Assembly (NCBI GenBank): GCA_043816005.1
Contig: JBDRIM010000014.1
Coordinates: 1 to 25,754 of the forward strand
Source of the DNA: Candidatus Micrarchaeota archaeon
GTDB lineage: Archaea; Micrarchaeota; Micrarchaeia; Anstonellales; Bilamarchaeaceae
Reading direction: 5' to 3'
Length of the DNA: 25,754 nucleotides
Positions 8,500 to 18,328 of the stretch are shown here, in pieces. The number at the start of each line of letters is the position of its first letter. Position 1 is the stretch's first letter. The notes under the pieces were generated by a model, which saw only the letters and a program-made list of their open reading frames with translations, searched no databases and had not been told where the DNA came from. Position numbers and translations under genes: made by a program.

Positions 8500-9051
8500 T
8501 CATAATTTAGTCTGGTCTTTTTTTTCTACTTTACTTCTTGCATCATCAACAAGTGCAAGCCATGAATCTCCTATTTTCATAAAATAGTTTCCAAATGTCT
8601 TACTTAAAGAAATACGCATTGGTCTAAACTTTCTTTTGCTTTCTATGGCAACAATGGTATCCCTCTCAACTTTGACCATACCGACGCGTTTAAGGCGTGG
8701 CAAAACTCTATTGTAAAATGTAGCTTTTGATATTCCATTCTTCTTTACAAACTCTGCTGTCTCCTCACCTGTCATCTGGGTTTTTTTACAAAGCACATCC
8801 AAAAATCCTACTGCTACTTCATAGTATTTTGGCTGATATTGTTTTGAAAAAATAAAATTAGCAAGTTCTTCTGCATTCCATGCATTTCTTGTCATATTCT
8901 CATTTTTGTCTTGGAACGAACGAAGTTCATGGCTATCATGTCTAGGAAGATAAATTGATTCGGAAGATGGTACTCCACGTGATGTTATTTGTTTTTTTTG
9001 TTCAATTCCGTCGTTAGGGGTAAGTTCCCCATTAGTTTCTATCTCTTCCAT
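8500..9051 (-). CDS. Hypothetical protein with wHTH-like motif
   Basis: GISKATFYNRVLPRLKRVGMVKVER is recognition helix plus wing-like. Start codon uncertain. Confidence 0.65.
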   Translation of the reverse strand: MEEIETNGELTPNDGIEQKKQITSRGVPSSESIYLPRHDSHELRSFQDKNENMTRNAWNAEELANFIFSKQYQPKYYEVAVGFLDVLCKKTQMTGEETAEFVKKNGISKATFYNRVLPRLKRVGMVKVERDTIVAIESKRKFRPMRISLSKTFGNYFMKIGDSWLALVDDARSKVEKKDQTKL

Positions 9052-9082
9052 AATTCGAATTATCAGGGAAAAAATATAAGGT

Positions 9083-9949
9083 TTACTGTAACGATGATGG
9101 AAGAACTAGAATGGAAGAAACAGCGTTAACTTCTCTATCTGAAAATTCACCAACTCCACGGTAGCAAGAACAATATACGTCCTCATGAAAACTCACAATC
9201 CGTTTCCTTGGACTAGGATGGTATTCACCATATCTCTGCCCCCATTCACCAGTATAATAAAATGGAAACATTTCATGATTAGAAGATAAAGGAAATCCAA
9301 AAGAAGGTAATTCAACAAGCATTATACGATCAGCAGAAGTTTGTAACATTCCCAAGTGATCTCTAATCTCTTTTATTGCCTCTTTCAAATCAAAACCAAG
9401 TAATCTTTCGAGTTTCTTTGCAAAAGGCGTAGACAATAAAAAAACTGCAGCTTCTGATAAGAAGTCATTTGAATCATTAAGACAAGTCAAAACCAAATTA
9501 GGTACAACTAATATACCTGTTTGGTTTATGCGTTGATATTTGACAGGATCAAATGAAATACTATCGTACCGTCCCAATTTTTGGTAAGAATGTAATTCTA
9601 CCATAAGAGTTCCTTCTGCAACCGAAGTTCGTAACACTCTTAATCTATTAAGCATATCGCGTAAAGAAAGAACCAAACCAACAGTTTGATTAGGACCCTC
9701 CATAGTATCTGGAATTTCATCACCAAATAGTTTTCTAATTTTCCATCCGGTCTCCATTATATCTCCGGTAACTATATGTTCGGTTTCGATACCTTCTGAT
9801 TGTAATCTTCTTCCCAATTTATCTCGAAATGGTAATACTGCTGGCTGTTCGTTGGTATGTGGGACAATTAAGGCTACTTTTGCTGGTTTTCGACCATTTT
9901 TTGCTTCAAATATTGGTACATCAGCAAAAGTTGTTCTTCTAAAAAGCAT
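9083..9949 (-). CDS. Hypothetical protein
   Basis: 288-aa ORF with no competing ORF and an AT-rich promoter-like region upstream; no family recognised. Confidence 0.7.
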   Translation of the reverse strand: MLFRRTTFADVPIFEAKNGRKPAKVALIVPHTNEQPAVLPFRDKLGRRLQSEGIETEHIVTGDIMETGWKIRKLFGDEIPDTMEGPNQTVGLVLSLRDMLNRLRVLRTSVAEGTLMVELHSYQKLGRYDSISFDPVKYQRINQTGILVVPNLVLTCLNDSNDFLSEAAVFLLSTPFAKKLERLLGFDLKEAIKEIRDHLGMLQTSADRIMLVELPSFGFPLSSNHEMFPFYYTGEWGQRYGEYHPSPRKRIVSFHEDVYCSCYRGVGEFSDREVNAVSSILVLPSSLQ

Positions 9950-10032
9950 GATTAATTATTGTTTAAAATCTATTAAAAACCTTTACTTTCCATTTTTAGT
10001 AACAAAATAGCCAACTTTCAATCATTATCAAA

Positions 10033-10124
10033 TAAAGGAAGGTTCTAAAGGAAACATAGTTTGTCCTTGAGCACAGGAGTGTTCAAGACAGTCATGAACG
10101 GTGCGCCGTTCATGCCATCCTTTA
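10033..10124. other. Structured intergenic element (two adjacent hairpins plus possible closing stem)
   Basis: CTTGAGCAC-AGGA-GTGTTCAAG (10066-10087) and perfect CATGAACGG-TGCG-CCGTTCATG (10093-10114); TAAAGGAAGG (10033-10042) can pair with CCATCCTTTA (10115-10124) with one mismatch. Confidence 0.55.
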
Positions 10125-10430
10125 ACCGAATAGACTTCCAAAACCAGACTCTGCTTCTTCCTCTTCTTTATGTACCTTCCCAATAACTCGTTTTTCAACT
10201 TCTACTGGTGCTGGTTTGGCAATATCTTTGAGTTTTTCGTCTGCTTTTTTTATGAACTCATCAGAAGCAGACATATATACATAAAATTTGGTCTTATCTT
10301 CTTCAAGAACAGCTCCATCTTTGATTTTATATCCATTTCTTGCAAAGCTGTCTTCGGCATATGGTTCTGCTTCCAATATTTTAGTTACATCTGCTTTCTT
10401 TGCTGAATCACATTCGTATACTCTGTACAT
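10122..10430 (-). CDS. Small conserved-looking hypothetical protein
   Basis: 102-aa ORF, 1-nt overlap (TAATG) with the upstream membrane gene, ends EEEAESGFGSLFG. Confidence 0.75.
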   Translation of the reverse strand: MYRVYECDSAKKADVTKILEAEPYAEDSFARNGYKIKDGAVLEEDKTKFYVYMSASDEFIKKADEKLKDIAKPAPVEVEKRVIGKVHKEEEEAESGFGSLFG

Positions 10431-11215
10431 TAGTATTCTTCCTCCTCTTCTTCAATTTTTCTTTTTTTCTTTGATCTGCTAGGTTGTTTACCTGTATTCT
10501 CCATCATCACTATAAGAGCAGTATACAGGACAGGATATAAGAAGAATATTGTTACAAGTTGAACAAATGGTATGAAATTTAGTATCCAAACAATTGCAAA
10601 TAAGAAATACAATCCAATGAACATAATGTGCCTTCTTCTAAGTGTATTAAACCCAAGCCTAAGTGAATTGAAAAGGCTTACTTCAAGTGCGCCTGCTGAT
10701 AGAAGTGCGGGGGTGAACATCATATGTATCACGAATGTTATTGTTACAATTACCAATCCAACAATTGCATCCATGTAAGGAACGGTTTCTAGAAAATATA
10801 TGTATATTGCAATTATTGGACCTGCAAGCATAAGCCAAATAAAGTCGCGAATGAGCAAGATGGCATAGTTTTGTGGTGCTTTCTCAAGTGCATATGTATA
10901 GAATGCCGTGATAGAAGTATTATTCTTCCAAAATGCCGAACGGTAGGCCTTAGCCAAACTTGCATTCAGTCCACTTGAAAAGAATAAGAATGCTAAGCCA
11001 ATCACTGCAAGAAATCCAAGTGTTGGTATTGATTGCAGATCAAATTCCTGGCCTATTATGGATAGGAACATAAAATATGCTAACAGGAGGCCCAAGGCTG
11101 CAAAAAGGAAAACTAGCACCATAAAAACATACATCATCGAACCCCATACGAAAAGAAATGGTTTTTTGGTATATGTGTTAAAAGATCGTTTCAAACTGTC
11201 AATCAAAGTATTCAC
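10430..11215 (-). CDS. Multi-pass membrane protein
   Basis: About 5-6 hydrophobic segments and a charged C-tail; GTG start. Confidence 0.8.
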   Translation of the reverse strand: MNTLIDSLKRSFNTYTKKPFLFVWGSMMYVFMVLVFLFAALGLLLAYFMFLSIIGQEFDLQSIPTLGFLAVIGLAFLFFSSGLNASLAKAYRSAFWKNNTSITAFYTYALEKAPQNYAILLIRDFIWLMLAGPIIAIYIYFLETVPYMDAIVGLVIVTITFVIHMMFTPALLSAGALEVSLFNSLRLGFNTLRRRHIMFIGLYFLFAIVWILNFIPFVQLVTIFFLYPVLYTALIVMMENTGKQPSRSKKKRKIEEEEEEY

Positions 11216-11280
11216 CTTTCGATAACTCTAACAAAGCAAATTATTTAAATGACGCGCTCGTTCTTCTATTAGGTCTTATC

Positions 11281-12747
11281 ATGAGAAATATACCACGTTG
11301 TATGAGTACTCAACATCCTGACAGTGTCACCACGCCGTTCTTTTCCGATTCTGACATTCTTGCAGGCGAAGCAGAGGTTCGGGAAGCATTTTTCGTTTTT
11401 TCTCAACTTGGTTGTCAGGAACAAATGTGGGACAGTGAAGGTAAGGAAGCAGATAATCAAGTCGTTGAAAAGCTTCTTTCAAAACATCTTGATTTCTTTA
11501 CAAAGAAAAAACTTGGCAAGGATTTTTTCCTTACGTACAGAGTTCCAAATCCTTCTGTTGAGAAAAGCCAAGGGAAAATTTTACTTGAAACTTTACATAG
11601 CATACCTCGTGCATTTGATGTTGCAAAGGCAGCTGGGCTTGACATAGCACCAATATTCGAAGTCATTCTTCCTATGACTACTTCTCATCTTGAACTGGAA
11701 AGAGTCAGGAATTATTATGAACATATAATCATTGGTCAAAAAGAAACCAAACTTGGTTCAGAAAAAATTTCTGTAAAAGATTGGGTTGGTGATTTCCAAC
11801 CCGAATCAATAAATGTTATTCCTTTAGTAGAAGACTTTGATTCTGTTCTAAGTTGCGATTCAATTATCTCGAAATACTTACAAGGAAAAGATTTAGAATA
11901 TCAAAGAGTTTTCCTTGCAAGAAGTGATCCTGCACTTAATTATGGTTCAGCTGTTGCTGTTCTTCTTTCAAAAATAGCACTTCAAAGGATGCAAAAAGTA
12001 GAGAATGATACTGGAACAGCAATAATGCCAATTATTGGTGTTGGTGGTGCACCTTTCAGGGGTAATTTCACTCCAAATAATGTCAATAATTGTGGTGATG
12101 AATATCCAAGCGTCCAAACTTTCTCTGCTCAATCTTCGTTCAAATATGATCATCCATTTAGGGATGTTGTAAATGCAATTGATATGCTTAATCACACTCA
12201 CAAACGTCCTCCACTTTATGTTGAAGAAAAACCAGCCATCGAACTTATGAAAAAAATGATCAAAACATATCAATCACAACTTAAGGATATGGCTGATCTT
12301 ATAAATGGTCTTTCTGTTTTTGTTCCAGGAAGAAGAGCAAGAAAACTCCATGTTGGTCTTTTCGGATATTCACGATCTTTAAAAGGAATAAAATTACCTC
12401 GTGCAATAAAATTCTGTGCATCATTCTATTCAATTGGAATTCCGCCAGAACTTCTTGGTCTTTCTGCTCTCAATGAGAAAGAATTTGATAGACTTCATGA
12501 ACATTATACAAAAATTGATGAAGATCTTAAGGATGGTGTAAAATATCTTAATCCAGCTAATTTGAACAAAATGCCAGAATCAGTAAAAAAAGGCGTTTCA
12601 AAAGTTCTTGAGTGGATAGATTACGAACCTGATGAAGATTATTGTGCAATAAGCAGCAGGGTTCTTGCAAATTTCAGAGCAGGAAAACATACTCACATTG
12701 CAGAAGATATCAAAGCACTTGCATGGAAAAGGAGCTTTTTGGGATAA
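11281..12747 (+). CDS. ppcA: Archaeal-type phosphoenolpyruvate carboxylase
   Basis: IPRCMSTQHPD, EQMWDSEGKE, TYRVPNP, IFEVILPMT, VIPLVED, RVFLARSDPALNYG, APFRG, RKLHVGLFGYSR, LPRAIKF and terminal RSFLG; 488 aa. Confidence 0.96.
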   Translation: MRNIPRCMSTQHPDSVTTPFFSDSDILAGEAEVREAFFVFSQLGCQEQMWDSEGKEADNQVVEKLLSKHLDFFTKKKLGKDFFLTYRVPNPSVEKSQGKILLETLHSIPRAFDVAKAAGLDIAPIFEVILPMTTSHLELERVRNYYEHIIIGQKETKLGSEKISVKDWVGDFQPESINVIPLVEDFDSVLSCDSIISKYLQGKDLEYQRVFLARSDPALNYGSAVAVLLSKIALQRMQKVENDTGTAIMPIIGVGGAPFRGNFTPNNVNNCGDEYPSVQTFSAQSSFKYDHPFRDVVNAIDMLNHTHKRPPLYVEEKPAIELMKKMIKTYQSQLKDMADLINGLSVFVPGRRARKLHVGLFGYSRSLKGIKLPRAIKFCASFYSIGIPPELLGLSALNEKEFDRLHEHYTKIDEDLKDGVKYLNPANLNKMPESVKKGVSKVLEWIDYEPDEDYCAISSRVLANFRAGKHTHIAEDIKALAWKRSFLG

Positions 12748-12764
12748 TCAAGTGTTTGAATTTG

Positions 12765-13253
12765 TTAAGTAGATGTATCTACTATACATCCTCCATCACT
12801 ACATACAAATCCTTCCCCACAATCTAGTTCTTTAATCTTATAATTAGCTCCATCACAGGTATAAATAAGTCTTCTATTCATTGAGACACAGCTATTGTAA
12901 TATGTTGATCCATCCCTAAGCATAACTCCATTATACATTAGGGTACATGGTGGAGTACTTGGTATGCATCTTCCTCCATTACAAGAATATCCGGAAAGGC
13001 ATCCAACACTTACGTTTCTCATATTAGTTCCATCACAATAATACTCTATTACATCAGAACTACTCGTACAAACATCCATATAACTCCCAGTTGAAGTAAC
13101 TACTTTTCCTGTTGTTACTATATTCAAATTATCACTATCTGTGCAAGTTACTTCTGAAACAGAAACATTATTTATTCCTGCAGATATTGATAATCCAGCA
13201 AAAAGCAAACCAGCTATAAGCAAAAACAAGATTACTTCAGTGTGTTCGGTCAT
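12765..13253 (-). CDS. Secreted or membrane-anchored Cys-rich repeat protein
   Basis: N-terminal hydrophobic helix; CTDSDN...GKV...DVC...IEYYC...C..G..C..G.C unit plus a second degenerate unit. Confidence 0.75.
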   Translation of the reverse strand: MTEHTEVILFLLIAGLLFAGLSISAGINNVSVSEVTCTDSDNLNIVTTGKVVTSTGSYMDVCTSSSDVIEYYCDGTNMRNVSVGCLSGYSCNGGRCIPSTPPCTLMYNGVMLRDGSTYYNSCVSMNRRLIYTCDGANYKIKELDCGEGFVCSDGGCIVDTST

Positions 13254-13348
13254 ACCAAGTATTCTCGTGACATGTATAAAAAAGTATCAGTATGTGCAAG
13301 CAGCATAAATAAAAACCAAGTTACCTATTTTAGTAACAATGGGATAAC

Positions 13349-14434
13349 ATGGATGTCATATCTTTAGCTAAAAAACTTGTTTCAATTGATTCGCAAGTTC
13401 CAGGACCGGGAGAGGTGGAAGTCGCCCAGTTCATTTTCGATTATCTAAAAGAAATTGGGCTAAAACCCGAAAAACAATTTTTTGATGGAGAAAGATTCAA
13501 CGTTCTAGCATTTGGTGGGTCACAACCAAATCTTATGATCAATGTCCATCTTGATACTGTACCAATAAACGATCGCAAACAATGGAAAAGAAATCCGTTT
13601 GGTGAAATTGCAGATGGAAAACTTTACGGAAGGGGAAGCTGTGATACAAAAGGTCATGCAGCATGCCTTCTTACCGCACTTCAAAATCATGTAAATGAAG
13701 ATGTAGTCTACATTTTCAATGGTGAAGAAGAGGGCAGTTTTGCAGGAATTGAGAAAGTTTTAGAGTTGCGCAAAACAAAACTAAAATCAGTTAACTATTC
13801 CATCTCACTTGAACCAACAGACGGAAAAATCATGATTGGAAATAAGGGTAGCTATGCCATTGAAGTTTCAGCTACCGGAAAATCAGCACATTCAAGCCGG
13901 CCAGAACTTGGTGATAATGCAATTTATAAAATTTCACAAGCAGCATTAGCAATAGAAAAATATAATAAAAAATTAAATAAAAGAAAATCATCTTTTGGCC
14001 ATGCAACTGCTTCTGTTGGTATGATCAGTGGAGGTACTGCTACAAATGTTATTCCTGATCATGCATCAATATTAGTTGATAGAAGGATATTACCAGAAGA
14101 AAATCCAAAAAAAGTTGTTGATGAATTTTGCAAAGTTGTCAGTCCGCTTTCTGTTGATTTCATAAAACGCATTGAAGCATGTTCCAGTTCTCCTGATTCA
14201 AAAATAGTCAAACAGATGCAGGCTGTTCTCACTGGGTTTGATATGGATCCTGAAACCTATAGTTTTAGTGCAACTACAGAACTCTCAGAGATAAACAAGC
14301 ATGGGATTGAAGGGATAATTTTTGGTGCTGGCGGACTTGGTCAAGCCCATATGCCAGACGAACACATAACTCTTGAAGCATTAAAGAATGGAGAAAAAAT
14401 CTTTCGTTCATTATTGAAAAACTGGAACAAGTAG
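13349..14434 (+). CDS. M20 family metallohydrolase (ArgE/DapE-like)
   Basis: NVHLDTVP, LYGRGSCDTKG, GEEEG, LEPT, GKSAHSS and AHMPDE metal-binding motifs. Confidence 0.92.
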   Translation: MDVISLAKKLVSIDSQVPGPGEVEVAQFIFDYLKEIGLKPEKQFFDGERFNVLAFGGSQPNLMINVHLDTVPINDRKQWKRNPFGEIADGKLYGRGSCDTKGHAACLLTALQNHVNEDVVYIFNGEEEGSFAGIEKVLELRKTKLKSVNYSISLEPTDGKIMIGNKGSYAIEVSATGKSAHSSRPELGDNAIYKISQAALAIEKYNKKLNKRKSSFGHATASVGMISGGTATNVIPDHASILVDRRILPEENPKKVVDEFCKVVSPLSVDFIKRIEACSSSPDSKIVKQMQAVLTGFDMDPETYSFSATTELSEINKHGIEGIIFGAGGLGQAHMPDEHITLEALKNGEKIFRSLLKNWNK

Positions 14435-14464
14435 TTTTTATTCTTTATCTAATATTCTATATCT

Positions 14465-15604
14465 ATGTCTACTGATCCTATTGCCTTACACAAAAAACTG
14501 CGAGGTAAAATATTCATCGGTGCAAAAACCAAAATCAAAAATATCGATGATCTTTCCAATCTTTACACTCCTGGTGTTGCAAAACCTTGTCTTGAAATAG
14601 CACGAGATACCAAGCTCGTCTATGATTATACAATGAAAGGAAATACAGTTGCAATTGTAACCGATGGAACAAGAGTTTTGGGATTAGGAGACATTGGACC
14701 AGAAGCAGCACTTCCAGTAATGGAAGGCAAAGCACTTATCATGCAACAATTCGGTAAAATTGATGCAATTCCTATTTGTCTAAATACAAAAGATCCTGAC
14801 CAAATTGTGGAAATAGTGAAAGCAATCTCCCCTGGTTTTGGTGCAATAAATCTTGAGGATATGTCAACACCAAAAGTCTTCTATATTGAAAAAAAATTAA
14901 CCGAACAACTTAACATCCCTGTTTTTCATGATGATCAGCATGGCACTGCCATGGTGGTTTTAGCTGGTCTATATAATGCGCTCAAAGTTCTTGGTAAGGA
15001 TAAGAATGTCAAGATAGCCATAGTTGGTGCAGGAAGCGCAGGATATGCAATTGCAAAACTCCTCAATGCAGCTGGTTTTTCGGATTTAGTTGTCTTTGAC
15101 AGTAAAGGGGCAATCTCATCTTCGCGTTCAGAACTTGAAGAATACAAACTTGAATTAGTAAAATTCAACAAATCAAATTTTTTTGGTTTGCTAAAGGATT
15201 TTGCAGGAGCAGATGTAATAATTTCTGCAGCATCCCCTGGTTCACTTCCACTCGAAACAATCCATGCAATGAAAAAACCAAACATTGTTTTTGCCCTATC
15301 CAATCCAATTTCAGAAATCTCACTTGAACAGGCACATGAGTTACAAATCAATGTTTTTGGAACAGGAAGGAGTGACTATCCAAATCAAATAAACAATTCG
15401 CTTTGTTTTCCTGGTTTCCTAAGAGCACTTCTTGATCTTCGTGTGACAAAAATCACTGACGAGATGAAAATTGCAGCTGCAATGGGTATTGCCGAATCAG
15501 TTAAAAATCCCACTTGTGAGAAGATAGTGCCTGACGCATTTGATAAAAAAATCGTCAAAAATATTTATAATAAAGTTAGAGATGTACTAGAGGGTAAAAA
15601 ATGA
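14465..15604 (+). CDS. NAD(P)-dependent malic enzyme (short type, no PTA domain)
   Basis: YTPGVA, VTDGTRVLGLGDIG, PVMEGKA, INLED, FHDDQHGT, GAGSAG, FALSNP, TGRSDYPNQINN. Confidence 0.95.
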   Translation: MSTDPIALHKKLRGKIFIGAKTKIKNIDDLSNLYTPGVAKPCLEIARDTKLVYDYTMKGNTVAIVTDGTRVLGLGDIGPEAALPVMEGKALIMQQFGKIDAIPICLNTKDPDQIVEIVKAISPGFGAINLEDMSTPKVFYIEKKLTEQLNIPVFHDDQHGTAMVVLAGLYNALKVLGKDKNVKIAIVGAGSAGYAIAKLLNAAGFSDLVVFDSKGAISSSRSELEEYKLELVKFNKSNFFGLLKDFAGADVIISAASPGSLPLETIHAMKKPNIVFALSNPISEISLEQAHELQINVFGTGRSDYPNQINNSLCFPGFLRALLDLRVTKITDEMKIAAAMGIAESVKNPTCEKIVPDAFDKKIVKNIYNKVRDVLEGKK

Positions 15605-16287
15605 GCAAGAAAAAACGCCATAGGAAGAAATCAGTTCCAACTGTTGAACCAAAACCTGAAGAAGGTCCTAAAAAATTTAGCATCGCTAATCTTTTTGGCT
15701 GGTCAAAGTTATACATTTCTCCAAAAAAACTCCCTGATCTCGTTACTGAATTAAATGGAAAAGGTTCACTAAAAAACAGTTATTTCTATGTACTGGTGTT
15801 CCAAATAGTTCAATTATTAGCCCTCGCGCTTGGTTATCTTCTTTTTCATCTTCTTACAATGCCAGTATTTTCCAGTGCAGACCTGGTTTTCATGCTTTTT
15901 ATATTCATGGTATTTGTTGTTATGACTGTTATGATCTTCTATGTGCGTTCATGGCTTCTTCACTTTGTTTCTGGTCTTTTAGGTGGTAAAACTGATTTTG
16001 GCAATCAAACATATATCTTAAGCGTGCTTAATCTTTGCCAAGCAACGATTCTATTTCCATTCTTAATCTTTGCATATCTTTCTGTTACTGGTATCTTACC
16101 TGTGTTTCTTTCGACTGCGATTGCATTGGTGATGGTTATTGGTGAACTATATCAGCTATTTTCATTCTATCATGTTATCAAAGGAATTACGTCACTATCT
16201 TCTTTTAGGTCTGCAGCGGTAGTGCTTGTTGTTTTTGTTTTGTTTAGCCTACTTTCCACTATACTCCCACGTCTTATGGGAGTATAA
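15601..16287 (+). CDS. Yip1-like multi-pass membrane protein
   Basis: About 5 TM segments with LHFVSGLLGGKTDF, a Yip1-type pattern; ATGA overlap with the malic enzyme gene. Confidence 0.65.
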   Translation: MSKKKRHRKKSVPTVEPKPEEGPKKFSIANLFGWSKLYISPKKLPDLVTELNGKGSLKNSYFYVLVFQIVQLLALALGYLLFHLLTMPVFSSADLVFMLFIFMVFVVMTVMIFYVRSWLLHFVSGLLGGKTDFGNQTYILSVLNLCQATILFPFLIFAYLSVTGILPVFLSTAIALVMVIGELYQLFSFYHVIKGITSLSSFRSAAVVLVVFVLFSLLSTILPRLMGV

Positions 16288-16430
16288 TAACCAAGTTGCA
16301 ATTATGTGGGATGTGGTAAAAAATCAACACTCGGGTATATTTATAAACTGTTCTACACTAAAAAAAGTTACTAAGTATTCAGAATTATCCATGCAGTTAA
16401 TAACAAATTTACAAATAATTAGGTGAAATT

Positions 16431-16931
16431 ATGAATGTTGAAACACAATTAAAGGCAGAAATAGCTAAATACGATCCAGCAAGAGATATCAAGTACGTTC
16501 CACGTGCAGTTGCAAGAGTGGAAGAAATTATTGCGTTTATTGATCATTCTGATGTAGAAATACGAAGATATGTCTCAGCAGGTGCAATTTATGCTCTTAT
16601 GGGGAATCTTCCAAGAGAAACATCTGAAAGATTACTTGCAAAACTAGCAGAAAGACTAATACTTCGTTTTAATGGTCATGCGGAACCAGTTGAACCTGAT
16701 GTGTATGTACGCGAGCGTTGTGCTAATGCTTTTGAAATGGCAGCATCTACTGCTAAAACAGTTACCCCTCATTTAGAGACACTTAAACTCTCAAGAGATA
16801 AAGATCCGCACGAGTGGGTGCGTGATAGGGCAAGAGATGCTATTCGTTATCTTGGTTCCCTTAGTGATACAAAAAAAATACCTAATCGGCCAGTTGAGCG
16901 TGCAAGTACAAGAAGAGAAGCTACTATCTAG
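16431..16931 (+). CDS. HEAT-repeat-like protein
   Basis: Three D-x-x-(I/V)-R-x-x-x-x-x-A units: SDVEIRRYVSAGAI, PDVYVRERCANAF, PHEWVRDRARDAI. SD AGGTGA upstream. Confidence 0.7.
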   Translation: MNVETQLKAEIAKYDPARDIKYVPRAVARVEEIIAFIDHSDVEIRRYVSAGAIYALMGNLPRETSERLLAKLAERLILRFNGHAEPVEPDVYVRERCANAFEMAASTAKTVTPHLETLKLSRDKDPHEWVRDRARDAIRYLGSLSDTKKIPNRPVERASTRREATI

Positions 16932-18328
16932 TTCTTTTTAATTTCTTTATCTACTTCGCTTGGACCTGTAGCTGTTGCGATTATTTTTTCTAAATCAGTT
17001 CTACTCAAAATCCCTTTCTGTAAAATCAATTCCTTGAGAGTTATTTTTTTGGCATAGGCTTCCTTTACCAAAATTGAAACTTCCTTATATCCAAGATAAG
17101 GATTGAGTGCAGTTGCATACCCAAAGCTTCTCTCAAAGTTTTTTGCCGTTGTTTCTTCATCAACAACAAGATCATCAATGCAGAATACTCTAAACATATT
17201 TGAGCCATTTGCAAGAAGCTCTGCACTCTGGAAAATATTATGTGCAATTAACGGAGTAGCAAAATTCAATTCAAGTTGACCTGATTGTGCAGCAAGCATT
17301 ATTGTGTGATCATTTCCAATCACTTGAAATGCAAGCATGTTCACTGCTTCTGGTATTGAAGGATTTATTTTTCCAGGCATAATTGATGAACCTGGTTCAA
17401 CTTCTGGTAAAATTACTTCTGCAATTCCTGCTTTTGGTCCTGAAACAAGTAATCTCAAATCATTTGCAATTCTTGAAAGTGTCACTGCATATCTTCGATA
17501 AGAACCCGACAGTGTGAGAAAATCATTCATATTCTGCGTTATTTCAATACAATCTTCCGCCATCTTAACGTCTACTTTTCCAAGTTTTTTTATGTGCTCA
17601 CATATTCTTTCTCTAAATTTTGGGTGGGCAGTTATTCCGCTTCCGATTGCAGTTCCACCAACTCCGATTTCTTTAATTGCAATCATCCCTGCCTTCATTT
17701 CAACAATATCCTTTTCGATTGCTCTGGCAAATGCATCAAAAACTTGTCCATAGGTCATTGGCACAGCATCCTGGAGATGGGTTCTACCTATCTTCAATGT
17801 TTTTCTATATTCTTTTTCCTTATTTTCAAATGCTTTTTTCAGTGCTTCTGCTTCAATGATTGTTTTTTGTGTCAATCTAATAGCAGCGATTTTTATTGCA
17901 GAAGGCACGACGTTATTTGAGCTTTGAGACATGTTAACATGATTGTTCGGATGGATAAGCCTGTACTCTCCTTTTCTTCCACCCAAAAATTCTTCAGCTC
18001 TATTTGCAATTACCTCATTTACATTCATGTGCAAGGGCGTTCCTGCACCTGCCTGAAAAGCATCAAGTACAAATTCACTGTCCAATTTACCTTCAATGAC
18101 CTCATCACACGCATGTGCGATTGCATCTGAAGTTTTTTTATCCAATTTTCCAAGTTCATTGTTAGCTAAGGCGGCGCATTTTTTTATCAGTGCAACTGAT
18201 TTGATAAGTTCTTTGTGGACTTTTGTCTCGGTTAATTTAAAGTTTTCTTTTGCCCTTACTGTAAAAGATCCATAATATGCTTGGTCTGGAACATTTACCT
18301 TTCCTAGAAAATCCTCTTCAATTCTCAT
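16928..18328 (-). CDS. Aspartate ammonia-lyase / class II fumarase family enzyme
   Basis: Start MRIEEDFLG at 18328 with SD AGGTGA. QAGAGT, NVNEVIANRA, HPNNHVNMSQS, KIGRTHLQDAVP and signature GSSIMPGKINP. aspA versus fumC not resolved. Confidence 0.93.
   Translation of the reverse strand: MRIEEDFLGKVNVPDQAYYGSFTVRAKENFKLTETKVHKELIKSVALIKKCAALANNELGKLDKKTSDAIAHACDEVIEGKLDSEFVLDAFQAGAGTPLHMNVNEVIANRAEEFLGGRKGEYRLIHPNNHVNMSQSSNNVVPSAIKIAAIRLTQKTIIEAEALKKAFENKEKEYRKTLKIGRTHLQDAVPMTYGQVFDAFARAIEKDIVEMKAGMIAIKEIGVGGTAIGSGITAHPKFRERICEHIKKLGKVDVKMAEDCIEITQNMNDFLTLSGSYRRYAVTLSRIANDLRLLVSGPKAGIAEVILPEVEPGSSIMPGKINPSIPEAVNMLAFQVIGNDHTIMLAAQSGQLELNFATPLIAHNIFQSAELLANGSNMFRVFCIDDLVVDEETTAKNFERSFGYATALNPYLGYKEVSILVKEAYAKKITLKELILQKGILSRTDLEKIIATATGPSEVDKEIKKN

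Noticed and set aside
10033..10124. tRNA, hammerhead ribozyme or CRISPR repeat
   Set aside because: No TTCRA T-loop or tRNA arm geometry, no CTGANGA core, and no repeat-spacer periodicity.
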